Shown here: positions 18,811-27,858 of the stretch, piece by piece
Numbering within the stretch: the first letter of the stretch is position 1
Layout: every line of letters starts with the position of its first letter
DNA from: Spirochaetia bacterium
GTDB lineage: Bacteria > Spirochaetota > Spirochaetia > SZUA-6 > Bin103
Length of the DNA: 64,000 nucleotides
Direction of reading: 5' to 3'
Assembly (NCBI GenBank): GCA_965198005.1
Contig: CBDAOI010000004.1
Location: forward strand, 416,001 to 480,000
Position numbers and translations under genes: made by a program
Notes under the pieces: generated by a model
The model's input: the letters and a program-made list of their open reading frames with translations, nothing else
Databases searched by the model: none
Told to the model about the DNA's origin: nothing

Positions 18811-20494
18811 CCGGCGCACCGGCCGGGCGACCGGCCGCCACGGTGCCGGCCGGTCGTGGCCACGCCGCCGACAGGGGCAGGCGTAGGGTGAAGGTCGTGC
18901 CGGGACCGTCGGTGTTGTTGGCCACGCTGATGGTGCCGCCGCTGGCGAGCACGGCCGCCTGCGCGATTGCCAGCCCCAGGCCGCTGCCGTCGTCGGCGTT
19001 GCCGCGGCGCTTGCCGCGGTAGAAGCGGTCGAAGATGTGCGGCAGATCCGCGGGCGCGATTCCCGGACCGCGGTCGCATACCTGCACCAGCGCCTCGGCG
19101 CCCGCGCAGTCGGCGCTGATCAGCACGTCGCCGCGGTTCCCGCTGCTGTAGCGGATCGCGTTGCGCATGACGTTGTCCAGCGCGATGTCGATCCCGGCCG
19201 GATCCACCTCCAGCTCCGGCTCGGCGGGACAGGACACGACCGCCACGCTCACGCCGGCCGCGGCCGCTTCGCGGGCGTGCCGCCGTTCGACCGCGCGCAC
19301 CAGGTCGTTGAGGCTGACCCGCACCGTCTGCGCCGTGGTCACCCCCGCTTGCAGCCGCGACAGATTCAGCAGGTTGGCCACGATCCATTCCATGCGTTCG
19401 ATCTGACGCCGGCAGTCGTGCAGGAACTCGATTCGGGTCGGGGCGTCAATCCGGCCCCGGGCGCCCTGCAGCAGCAACTCGTTGAAGGTCTTGAGGGCCG
19501 TGACCGGCGTGCGCAGCTCGTGCGACGCGTCGCCGATGAACCGGCGCAGGATGTCGCGTTCCTGCCGCAGGTCGTGCACGGTCGACTCCAGCTTCTCGGC
19601 CATGGCGTTGAACTGGCGGCTCAGCTCGCCGATCTCGTCGGCTTCGCCCGCCGGTGCGCGCGCTCCCAGGTCGCCGGCGCCCATTTTGAGGGCGGAGCGC
19701 GTGAGCCCTTCGATCGGGGCGGTGAGGCGGCGGCCAAACGCCAACCCCAGGATTGCGGCCAGACCGGCCGCGAGCAGGGCCGCGATCGCGAACGGACTCA
19801 AGAGGGTCTCGAGCGCTTCGGCCGGCAGGTCGGGGCTGCGCGCAATCTCGACGTATCCGACCGGGTTGTCCGGATCTCCGACCGGCTCGACGTGAATGTG
19901 GCGTACCCGGTTGCCGGCCTGCGTCGCAAACATAGCGGTCCCCGCCGCCCCGGTTTCCTCGTGCGGGAATTCGATCAGGCTGCCCCAGAGGCCGCTGCGC
20001 CGCCGCACCAGCATGGTGTAGGCGTCGGCCAGATCGAGCGTGCGCCGCGTCCGCCCGAGAATCGCGTTCAGTGCCGGGTCGGCCGAGACCGAGATCAGGG
20101 TCGCCCCTTGCAGGATGGAGTTGTCCCGGCCGCGGCCCATCGCCAACCGGATCCACACCTGATCCGGGCCGCCGGCGGACTCGGAGTCGGCGAGCACGCG
20201 ATGCTCGGGATCCAGGACGCGGATGCGCGAGTCGCTCATGAAGGCGGAGGTGCGCACCAGATGATCGAGGGTGGCCGGCTGCACGACCGGGACCAGCAGC
20301 GGCCGTACCTCGCGCGCCACCGCGGCGGCGTTCGACTGCAGGTAGGCGGTCTCGCGCCGCGCCACGAAGTGTCCGAACAGCAGCACCGACACCACGCCCA
20401 CGACGCCAATGGCCACCACCACGATGAGAATGAAGCTGCCCACCAAGCGCCAGCGGATCGATCGTAACGCGCGAATTCTGCGCCGTGCAGCCAT
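18776..20494 (-). CDS. HAMP sensor histidine kinase
   Basis: SHELRTP, NAIRY, D.GPGI, GSGLGLAI. Confidence 0.93.
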   Translation of the reverse strand: MAARRRIRALRSIRWRLVGSFILIVVVAIGVVGVVSVLLFGHFVARRETAYLQSNAAAVAREVRPLLVPVVQPATLDHLVRTSAFMSDSRIRVLDPEHRVLADSESAGGPDQVWIRLAMGRGRDNSILQGATLISVSADPALNAILGRTRRTLDLADAYTMLVRRRSGLWGSLIEFPHEETGAAGTAMFATQAGNRVRHIHVEPVGDPDNPVGYVEIARSPDLPAEALETLLSPFAIAALLAAGLAAILGLAFGRRLTAPIEGLTRSALKMGAGDLGARAPAGEADEIGELSRQFNAMAEKLESTVHDLRQERDILRRFIGDASHELRTPVTALKTFNELLLQGARGRIDAPTRIEFLHDCRRQIERMEWIVANLLNLSRLQAGVTTAQTVRVSLNDLVRAVERRHAREAAAAGVSVAVVSCPAEPELEVDPAGIDIALDNVMRNAIRYSSGNRGDVLISADCAGAEALVQVCDRGPGIAPADLPHIFDRFYRGKRRGNADDGSGLGLAIAQAAVLASGGTISVANNTDGPGTTFTLRLPLSAAWPRPAGTVAAGRPAGAPATPPARNRHRR

Positions 20495-20506
20495 TTCCTC
20501 TATACC

Positions 20507-20547
20507 ATTAAGGTACCGTCTTCCAAGATTAAGGTACCGTCTTCCAA
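20507..20547. promoter_or_regulatory. Perfect 20-bp direct repeat, 21-bp period
   Basis: ATTAAGGTACCGTCTTCCAA at 20507 and 20528. Confidence 0.7.
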
Positions 20548-20589
20548 CCCACCGTTTTCAGCCTACCGTGAAGTGCCGCGGCGGGTGCC

Positions 20590-21318
20590 TCAGGTGACGC
20601 CGCGGTCGGCGAACTTGTAGCCGTGGCCGCGCACGGTAACCAGCCGCCGCGGGTGGGTGGGATCGGCTTCCAGCTTCTCCCGCAGGTGGCGCATGTGGAC
20701 GTCCACCGTGCGGTCATAGCCGACGTCGGCCTGGTACCCCCACACCGCTTCCAGGATCTGGTCGCGGGTCACCGGGCGGTCCGGGTTGGAGATCAGGTAG
20801 CGCAACAGCCGGAATTCGGTGGGCGTCAGGTAGACGTTGCGCCCGCCCCGGAACACCTGCAACAGCTCCAGGTCGATGGTGACGTCGTCGAACGTCACTT
20901 TTTCGTTGCTGCTGCGCCGGGACAACTCCCCGTAGGCGCGGCGCAACAGGGCCCGGATGCGCGACAACAGCTCGCGCAGGTGATACGGCTTGACCACGTA
21001 GTCGTCGGCGCCCAGCTCGAAACCGAGTACCTTGTCGACCTCCTCGTCGCGTGCCGTCAGCATCAGGATCGGCTGGCGATACCCCTCGCTCCGGAGCCGC
21101 CGGCACAGGTCGAAGCCCGAGGTGTCCGGCAGCCGGATGTCGAGCACGATCAGATGCGGCGAGGATCCGGCCACCAGCTTGTGGCCGGCCGCGCCGGTCG
21201 GCGCCCAGCTCACCGCGTAGCCTTCCTGCTGCAGCGCGAACTTGAGCCCCTTCGCGACCGCGGGGTCGTCCTCGATCAGGACGATCCGCTGGTCCAGAAG
21301 GATTCGTTCTTCGGTCAT
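20590..21318 (-). CDS. OmpR/PhoB family response regulator
   Basis: IEDD, LDIRLP, GADDYVVKP, RTVDVH..LR.K, TVRG.GY. Confidence 0.95.
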   Translation of the reverse strand: MTEERILLDQRIVLIEDDPAVAKGLKFALQQEGYAVSWAPTGAAGHKLVAGSSPHLIVLDIRLPDTSGFDLCRRLRSEGYRQPILMLTARDEEVDKVLGFELGADDYVVKPYHLRELLSRIRALLRRAYGELSRRSSNEKVTFDDVTIDLELLQVFRGGRNVYLTPTEFRLLRYLISNPDRPVTRDQILEAVWGYQADVGYDRTVDVHMRHLREKLEADPTHPRRLVTVRGHGYKFADRGVT

Positions 21319-22628
21319 GCGGTTCCCAGGGCGCCCGCCCGCCGCAGCGTGGCAGCCAACTGGCGCGGCACCGTGGCGCGGATGCGATAGCCGTGTACGC
21401 CCGGCTCCTGCCGTTCGATGTGCCCGGCGGCGCGCACCGCGCCGAGCAGCTCCGCGGCGGCATACGGCACCTCCAGCTCGACCTGGACGTGGGCCGCCGC
21501 GAGGCGCCGGCGGATCTCGGCGCGTAGCGTATCGGTGCCCTCGCCGGTAACCGCGCTGACCGGGAGTTCCCCATTGAGATACAGCCGCAACGGCGAGTCG
21601 GCCGCCACCAAGTCGATCTTGTTGAGCACCGTGACGCGCGGCACGGCCGCGGCGCCGATCCGCTCCAGCACCTCGGCCACGGTCCCCTGCTGCAGCAGGC
21701 GCCGCGGATCGCCGGCATCCACCACCACCAGCAGCAGGCAGGCCGCGGCCACCTCTTCCAGCGTTGCCCGGAACGCGGCTACCAGTTGCGGCGGCAGCTT
21801 CTGAATGAACCCGACCGTGTCGGTGAGCAGCACCCGGCGGCCGGCGCCCAGCTCCCACCGGCGGGTGGTGGGATCGAGCGTCGCGAACAGATGATCGGCG
21901 GCCCGCACGCCGGCTCCCGTGAGGTGGTTCATCAGCGTGCTCTTGCCGGCGTTGGTATAGCCCACCAGCGCCAGCACCTCGCTCCCCGGCCCGCTCCGGC
22001 GCGCGCGGCCGTGGCGGCGCTGCTCGCGCAGCCGGTCGATGCGGGCGCGCAGCACGCCGAGCCGCCGCCGGATCTGGCGCCGGTCGGCCTCGATCTGGGC
22101 CTCGCCCGGACCGCGCAGTCCCACCCCTGCGCCGGCGCCGGCACGCCCACCCGCCTGCCGCGCCAGGTGGGTCCACATGCGGGTCAGGCGCGGCAGGCGG
22201 TACTCGAGCTGCGCCAGCTCGACCTGGAGCTGCCCTTCGCGGCTGCGCGCGTGGCGCGCGAACACGTCGAGAATCAGTGCGGTCCGGTCCAGCACCAGCA
22301 GCTCGCCGCCCGCCGCCTCGACGTTGCGGAGCTGCGCCGGGGTGAGCTCATCGTCGAACACCAGGACGCCGGCGCCGGCCGCGTGCGCCTGGTGCGCTGC
22401 GTCGGCCAGTCTGCCGGCGCCGAGGTAGGTGCGCGGATCGGGGCCCGCGCGCCGCTGCCAGGTCTGTCCCGCGACCGTCAGCCCCGCGGTCTCCGCCAGG
22501 CGCGCCAGTTCGTCCAGCGACTGTTCGATGCCCCACGCGGCGACCCCGGCGCGGTCGGCCGCGGTCGTATCCAGACCGACGAGGAACGCGGTCCGGCCGC
22601 GGGGCGCGGCGGCATCCCGGGCCGTCAT
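21315..22628 (-). CDS. hflX: GTPase HflX
   Basis: QVELAQLEYRLPRL, GYTNAGKST, FATLDPT, DTVGFI, NKID. Confidence 0.96.
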   Translation of the reverse strand: MTARDAAAPRGRTAFLVGLDTTAADRAGVAAWGIEQSLDELARLAETAGLTVAGQTWQRRAGPDPRTYLGAGRLADAAHQAHAAGAGVLVFDDELTPAQLRNVEAAGGELLVLDRTALILDVFARHARSREGQLQVELAQLEYRLPRLTRMWTHLARQAGGRAGAGAGVGLRGPGEAQIEADRRQIRRRLGVLRARIDRLREQRRHGRARRSGPGSEVLALVGYTNAGKSTLMNHLTGAGVRAADHLFATLDPTTRRWELGAGRRVLLTDTVGFIQKLPPQLVAAFRATLEEVAAACLLLVVVDAGDPRRLLQQGTVAEVLERIGAAAVPRVTVLNKIDLVAADSPLRLYLNGELPVSAVTGEGTDTLRAEIRRRLAAAHVQVELEVPYAAAELLGAVRAAGHIERQEPGVHGYRIRATVPRQLAATLRRAGALGTA

Positions 22629-24106
22629 GCGGTGACGGCGCTCCCGCACCCGGCCGCCCCGGCCGGGCGGTACGTCCGTGCCGGCCGCCCGAGCAGATCG
22701 GCCAGCGCCGCGGCGCCGCGCGCGGCCGCCTGCTCCACCCGCCGCCGCTCGGCCGCCACCCGCCGCCGGCAGGCGTCAAGCTCCAGCCGGCCCGCGGTCC
22801 CCAGCGCGGTGCGCCGGTCCAGCGCCGCCGCCGCCTGTTGCTCCAGCGAGCCGCTGCCGGCCGCGGCGGCCTCTACGACGGCTGGCCCGGCCGTGCTCCC
22901 GCTCACGGGTGCGGCGGCGGCGCCGGCCGCGGTCGCCCGATACGCCGCGCGAAACGCCATCCCGCGCCGGACCAGGTCGAACGCCGCGTCGGTGGCGAAC
23001 AGCTCCGGCGTGAGCGCCCGCGCCAGCGCCTGCTCGTGCACCTGCAGCCGCTCGACCGTGAGCGCCAGCACCAGGAGCTGGCTGCGCACTATCTCCAGCG
23101 CCTGCAGATAGGGACGCTTGGTCTCCTGCAGGTCACGGTGGTAGCCGCTCGGCAGGTTGCGCACGATTCCCTTCACCGCGGCCGCATGGCCGGAGACGGT
23201 GGCCGCCTTGGCGCGCACCAGCTCCAACCCGTCGGGGTTGCGCTTGTGCGGCATGATGCTGCTGCCGGTGCACAGTTCGACCGGCAGCGACACGTAGCCC
23301 AGTTCCGGCAGCGAGAACAGGATCAGGTCCTGCGCCAGCCGGCTCAGGGTCAGCGCCACCTGATCCAGGGCGTCCAGGGTAATCGCCTCCAGCTTGCCGC
23401 GGCTGTTGCCGGCCGCCAGCACGTTGTGGATCGGGCCGTCGAACCCGAGCAGCGCCGCCACCCGCTCGCGGTCGAGCGGCAGCGGCACGCCGTAGCCGGC
23501 GGCGGACCCCAGCGGCGAGCGGTTGGTCAGCCGGTAGCAGGTGGCGACCAGCGCCAGATCGTCCAGCAGCTCCTCGGCGAACGCCGCCGCCCACAGTCCG
23601 AGCGAGGAGGGCATCGCCACCTGCGTGTGGGTGCGGCCCGGCATGGTGACCAGTTCATGGCGGCCGGCGAACGCCAGCAGCGCCCCGGCCAGGTCCAGCA
23701 GGCAGCGCTGCAGCTCGGTCAGCGCCTCGCGGCCGTACAGGCGCAGGGCCGCCATCACCTGGTCGTTGCGCGACCGCCCGGTGTGGATCCGCGCCCCGGC
23801 CGCGGTGCGCGCGGTCAGGAACCGTTCCAGCGCCGTGTGGCCGTCCTCGTCGCCCGGCTCGATCGCGAACGCGCCCCGCTCCGCCTGCTCCAGCGCCGCC
23901 AGCAGCCCCGCCCGCAGCGCGTCCAGCTCGTCCGCCGTGAGCACCCCGATCTCCGCCAGCATCACGGCGTGGGCGAGCGAGGCGGCGCAATCGGCCGCCA
24001 CCAGGGCGCGATCCAGCCGATAGTCGTCGCCGACCGTGAACTGCTCGATCAACCGGTCGAGGGGCTCACTCTTGTCCCACAGCCTGGTCCCCGAGCGGTC
24101 AGCCAT
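22625..24106 (-). CDS. argH: Argininosuccinate lyase
   Basis: HTGRSRNDQ, TGSSIMPHKRNPD, GYHRDLQ. Confidence 0.95.
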   Translation of the reverse strand: MADRSGTRLWDKSEPLDRLIEQFTVGDDYRLDRALVAADCAASLAHAVMLAEIGVLTADELDALRAGLLAALEQAERGAFAIEPGDEDGHTALERFLTARTAAGARIHTGRSRNDQVMAALRLYGREALTELQRCLLDLAGALLAFAGRHELVTMPGRTHTQVAMPSSLGLWAAAFAEELLDDLALVATCYRLTNRSPLGSAAGYGVPLPLDRERVAALLGFDGPIHNVLAAGNSRGKLEAITLDALDQVALTLSRLAQDLILFSLPELGYVSLPVELCTGSSIMPHKRNPDGLELVRAKAATVSGHAAAVKGIVRNLPSGYHRDLQETKRPYLQALEIVRSQLLVLALTVERLQVHEQALARALTPELFATDAAFDLVRRGMAFRAAYRATAAGAAAAPVSGSTAGPAVVEAAAAGSGSLEQQAAAALDRRTALGTAGRLELDACRRRVAAERRRVEQAAARGAAALADLLGRPARTYRPAGAAGCGSAVTA

Positions 24107-25670
24107 ACACGCGCGCCACCGTCCCGGCGGCCACGAGGTTGAGCATCTTCTCCGTGGCCTGCGCGGCCGCCAGCACCTGATCGCTGTGCACCCCCTTGGT
24201 GGTGAACACCGCGTCCGGCTGCTCGGGATGCAGCCAGGTGATGGAGCATTGCACCAGGGCGTCGGACTTGCCGCCGGGCGGAATCGACACGTTGTAGTCG
24301 GCCAGCCGCGGCAGGCTGAGGTCGAGCCGGCGCGCGATGCTGCGCACGCTGTTCATGAACGCATCGTAGCCGCCGTCGCCCTGGGCGCTGGCCTCGTACT
24401 CGACGAACTCGCCGCCCGGCGTCGCGCGGTGGGCGAGCTTGACCGTCGCCATCGGCTTGAGTCCCATGCTCGACACCACCACGCAACTGCTCAGCACGAA
24501 GCTGCGGTCGTGGGGCGTTTCGAGCACGTCCGAGATGATGAACGGCAGGTCATCCTGGGTGATCGTCTGCTTGCGGTCGGCCAGCTCCTTGATCCGTTCC
24601 AGCACCAGCAGCGCCTGCTCCTCATCCAGCTCGATGCCGAGGTCGGTGAGATTGAATTCCAGGTTGCGCTTGCCGCTGAGCTTGCCCAGCGCGTAGCGGC
24701 GGCGGCGGGCGAACCGCTCCGGGGACAGCCGGCTGCTGTACAGGTCGCCCTTGTGGTCGCCATCGGCGTGGATCCCGGCCGTCTGAGTGAACACGTTTGG
24801 CCCGACGATCGGCTTGTTGAATGCCACCCGCCGCCCCGAGAACACCTCGATGCGCTCGCTGGCCACGATCAGCCTGGTTTCGTCCACGTTGGTGCGCAGG
24901 CCGAGAAAGTCGTGGATGCCCACCACCACCTCGTCCAGCGGCGTGTTGCCGGCGCGCTCGCCCATCCCATTGATCGTGCAGTGCACGCAGGAGGCGCCCG
25001 CCGCCACCGCCGCCAGCGTATTCGCCGTGGCCACGCCGTAGTCGTCGTGACCGTGGAAGTCGAACCGCAGCGTCGGATAGCGCCGGATCAGGCCGCCGAC
25101 GAATTCGGTTACCCGCGGCGGCGAGAGCAGCCCCAGGGTATCCGGCAGCATCACCCGCCACAGCTCGATCTCGGCCAGCTCGTCGAGCATCGCCCGCACG
25201 TAGCCGGGGGAATCGAGCATGCCGCCCGACCAGTCTTCCAGGTAGATGTTGCAGCGCACCCCGTGTGCGGTGGCATACGCCACCGTGTCGGCGATATCGC
25301 CGAAGTGCTCGGCCGGCTGCTTGCCGAGCTGGGTGGTGACGTGACGCAACGAGCCCTTGGCCAGGATGTTCATCACCGTGCCGCCGTGGGCGGTAATCCA
25401 GTCCACCGAGCGGTTGCCGTCGGTGAACCCGAGGATCTCGATCGCGTCGGTGCGGCCATGCTCGGCGGCCCAGGTCATCACCTCGCGCACCGCGTCGCGC
25501 TCGCCGGCGCTGACCAGGGCGCTGGTCAACTCCACGTGGTCGACCCGCACCTCGTCCAGCAGGACCTTGACGATCGCGAGCTTCTCGCCGGGCGTGTAGC
25601 TCACGTCCTGCATCTGCTCGCCGTCGCGCAGGGTGGTATCGACGATCTCGATCAGTCGGCTGGCGGCCAT
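24099..25670 (-). CDS. cimA: Citramalate / 2-isopropylmalate synthase family enzyme
   Basis: DTTLRDGEQ, YLEDWS, GMGERAGN, TQTAGIHADG, LeuA-type regulatory domain. Confidence 0.8.
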   Translation of the reverse strand: MAASRLIEIVDTTLRDGEQMQDVSYTPGEKLAIVKVLLDEVRVDHVELTSALVSAGERDAVREVMTWAAEHGRTDAIEILGFTDGNRSVDWITAHGGTVMNILAKGSLRHVTTQLGKQPAEHFGDIADTVAYATAHGVRCNIYLEDWSGGMLDSPGYVRAMLDELAEIELWRVMLPDTLGLLSPPRVTEFVGGLIRRYPTLRFDFHGHDDYGVATANTLAAVAAGASCVHCTINGMGERAGNTPLDEVVVGIHDFLGLRTNVDETRLIVASERIEVFSGRRVAFNKPIVGPNVFTQTAGIHADGDHKGDLYSSRLSPERFARRRRYALGKLSGKRNLEFNLTDLGIELDEEQALLVLERIKELADRKQTITQDDLPFIISDVLETPHDRSFVLSSCVVVSSMGLKPMATVKLAHRATPGGEFVEYEASAQGDGGYDAFMNSVRSIARRLDLSLPRLADYNVSIPPGGKSDALVQCSITWLHPEQPDAVFTTKGVHSDQVLAAAQATEKMLNLVAAGTVARVYG

Positions 25671-25797
25671 GCCGCGCATCATAACACTTTGCCGTCATCG
25701 CACGGAAGGCGCCGCGGAGATGACCTGCTGGCCGTGGTGCCGCACTCAATTGCCTCCCGCTCCTTGGAACGATAGAGTCAGTGCTCAGGCTACGGTA

Positions 25798-27548
25798 GTG
25801 AGCACGCCCCCCGTCCACCCGCGCATTCCCTACGGCGAGGCCGACTTCAGGCGTATCCGCCTGAACCGCTGGCTGTACGTCGACAAGACCCGATTCCTGC
25901 GGGGTCTCGAGGACGAGCGCTACGCCTTCCTGATCCGTCCGCGCCGCTTCGGCAAGTCGCTGTGGGTGTCCCTGCTGGAGAACTACTACGACCGCTTCTG
26001 GGCCGGCGACTTCGAGGCCACCTTCGCCGGCACCGACATCGGCCAGGACCCGACCGGGGAACAAAGCCGCTACGTCACCCTGCGCTTCAACTTCTCGATG
26101 GTCAACGACAAGCTCGAGACCCTGGAGCGGGAATTCGAGACCTACTGCCTCCTAGAGCTGCGGGGCGAGGCTGCGGCGCCATCCCGACCTGTTTCCCGAA
26201 GCGGCGGTGCGGCGACATCCTGGCGCCGCCCTCCATCGCCACCAAGCTATCCGAGCTGTTCCTGTACGCGGGCGACCATGACATCCCGCTGTACGTGCTG
26301 ATCGACGAGTACGACAACTTCGCCAACACCGTGCTGGCGTACCACGGCGCGGAGGCGTGCCACTCCTTCACCCACGGCGGCGGCTTCTACCGCAACTTCT
26401 TCGCCACGCTCAAGGGCGGCGCGGACCGCAGCGGCGGCGGTCTGGAGCGGCTGTTCATCACCGGCGTGTCGCCGATCACCATGGACGACGTGACCAGCGG
26501 CTTCAACATCGGCACCAACATCAGCCTGGAGCCGGACTTCAACGAGATGGTCGGCTTCACCGAGGCGGAGGTGCGGCGCCTGGTCGAGACCTACCGGGAG
26601 CTGGGCGTGTTCAACCAGGAGGTCGCGACCGCGATGGGCATCATGGGCCAGTGGTACAACGGCTACCGCTTCGCCAAGGCAGCCGAGACCGATCTGTACA
26701 ACACCGACATGGTGCTCTACTACCTGAAGCATTCGATGCCGAACCGAGAGGTGCCGGACGAACTGATCGACACCAACGTGCGCATCGACTACGGCAAGCT
26801 GCGTCACCTGCTGGTGACCGGGCGGCAGCTCAACGGCAACTTCGACCTGCTGCGGGACGTGATCGGCGAGGAGCAGGTGGACACCCGCATCCACTCGGGC
26901 TTTCCGTTGGAGGACCTCACCAAGCCGGAGAACTTCCTCTCGCTACTGCACTACTTCGGGCTGTTGAGCATCCGCGACGTGGTGGAGCGGGTGCCGCGGC
27001 TGGCGATCCCGAACCAGACCGTGAAGCGGTTGATGTACGGCTTCCTGCGCGATGGCTACCGTGACGTGGGGGTGTTTTCAGTTAATCTGTTCCGGTTCGA
27101 GCAACTGATGATGCGGATGGCCACCGAGGGCGAGTGGCGGCCGGCGTTCGAGTTCCTGAGCGAGGCGATTGCGCGGCAGACGGGGATTCGCGACTACATC
27201 GGCGGGGAGAAGGTGATTCAGGGGTTTCTGGCCGCCTATCTGAGCGTGGCCGATCATTTCGTGTTCCGCAATAACATCTGCCTGGAGCCGCTGGTGGCGC
27301 GCTACCCGCACCTGCGGCGGGGCTATCTGATCGAGCTCAAGTATCTGAAGCGCTCTGAGCGCTTGCAGCGCAACGAGTCGGTGGACGAGGCCGGGGTGGC
27401 GGCGGCGGTCGGGGAGGCGACGGCGCAGCTTGAGCGGTATCTGGCGGAGGAGCGGCTGGCGCGGCAGTTCCCGGGGGTGCGTTTCATCGGCCTGATCGTG
27501 GTGTTCCACGGCTGGGAGCTGGTATACTGCGATGCCGTGCGCCGGTGA
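25798..27548 (+). pseudogene. AAA-ATPase-like plus PD-(D/E)XK nuclease, frameshifted near 26170
   Basis: YVDKT, RPRRFGKS in one frame; LIDEYD, YNGY, IELKY in another. Confidence 0.85.
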
Positions 27549-27624
27549 CCCGGACCCATGGTACGATCGCCGTCGCCCGAGCACTTCCTCGGCATCGGTC
27601 TAACTCTAAGTGGTCGGCGGCCGC

Positions 27625-27654
27625 TTGACAGTGCCCTCGTCAGCCTGGTATGGT
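27625..27654 (+). promoter_or_regulatory. Sigma70-like promoter
   Basis: TTGACA-N18-TATGGT. Confidence 0.5.
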
Positions 27655-27858
27655 AGTTCTGAACAGGGGCCTCCACGGCTATTTGACTGTATGCCGTACG
27701 CTCGTTCAGCCCGGACGAAGGTCGTTGGCACCGGGTACTATTTCAATTTCCGTGTTTCGGATGACGGAAAGGCAAAGCCGAGGGACCTATTCAAATGCGC
27801 AAAGCGCTGAGTGCAGACTGAAACGTGAATGTCCTGGCGAGCGAAAACGATCACGCTG

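Noticed and set aside
15547-18819. 1090-aa ORF, and other long antisense or shifted ORFs (e.g. 58579-61053, 56362-58509, 24036-25775)
   Set aside because: Shadow frames of real genes in high-GC DNA; only the EamA part of the 1090-aa ORF is credible
27765-27815. c-di-GMP-I riboswitch (GGCAAA...GCAAAGC)
   Set aside because: Lacks the GAAA-capped P2 and receptor arrangement
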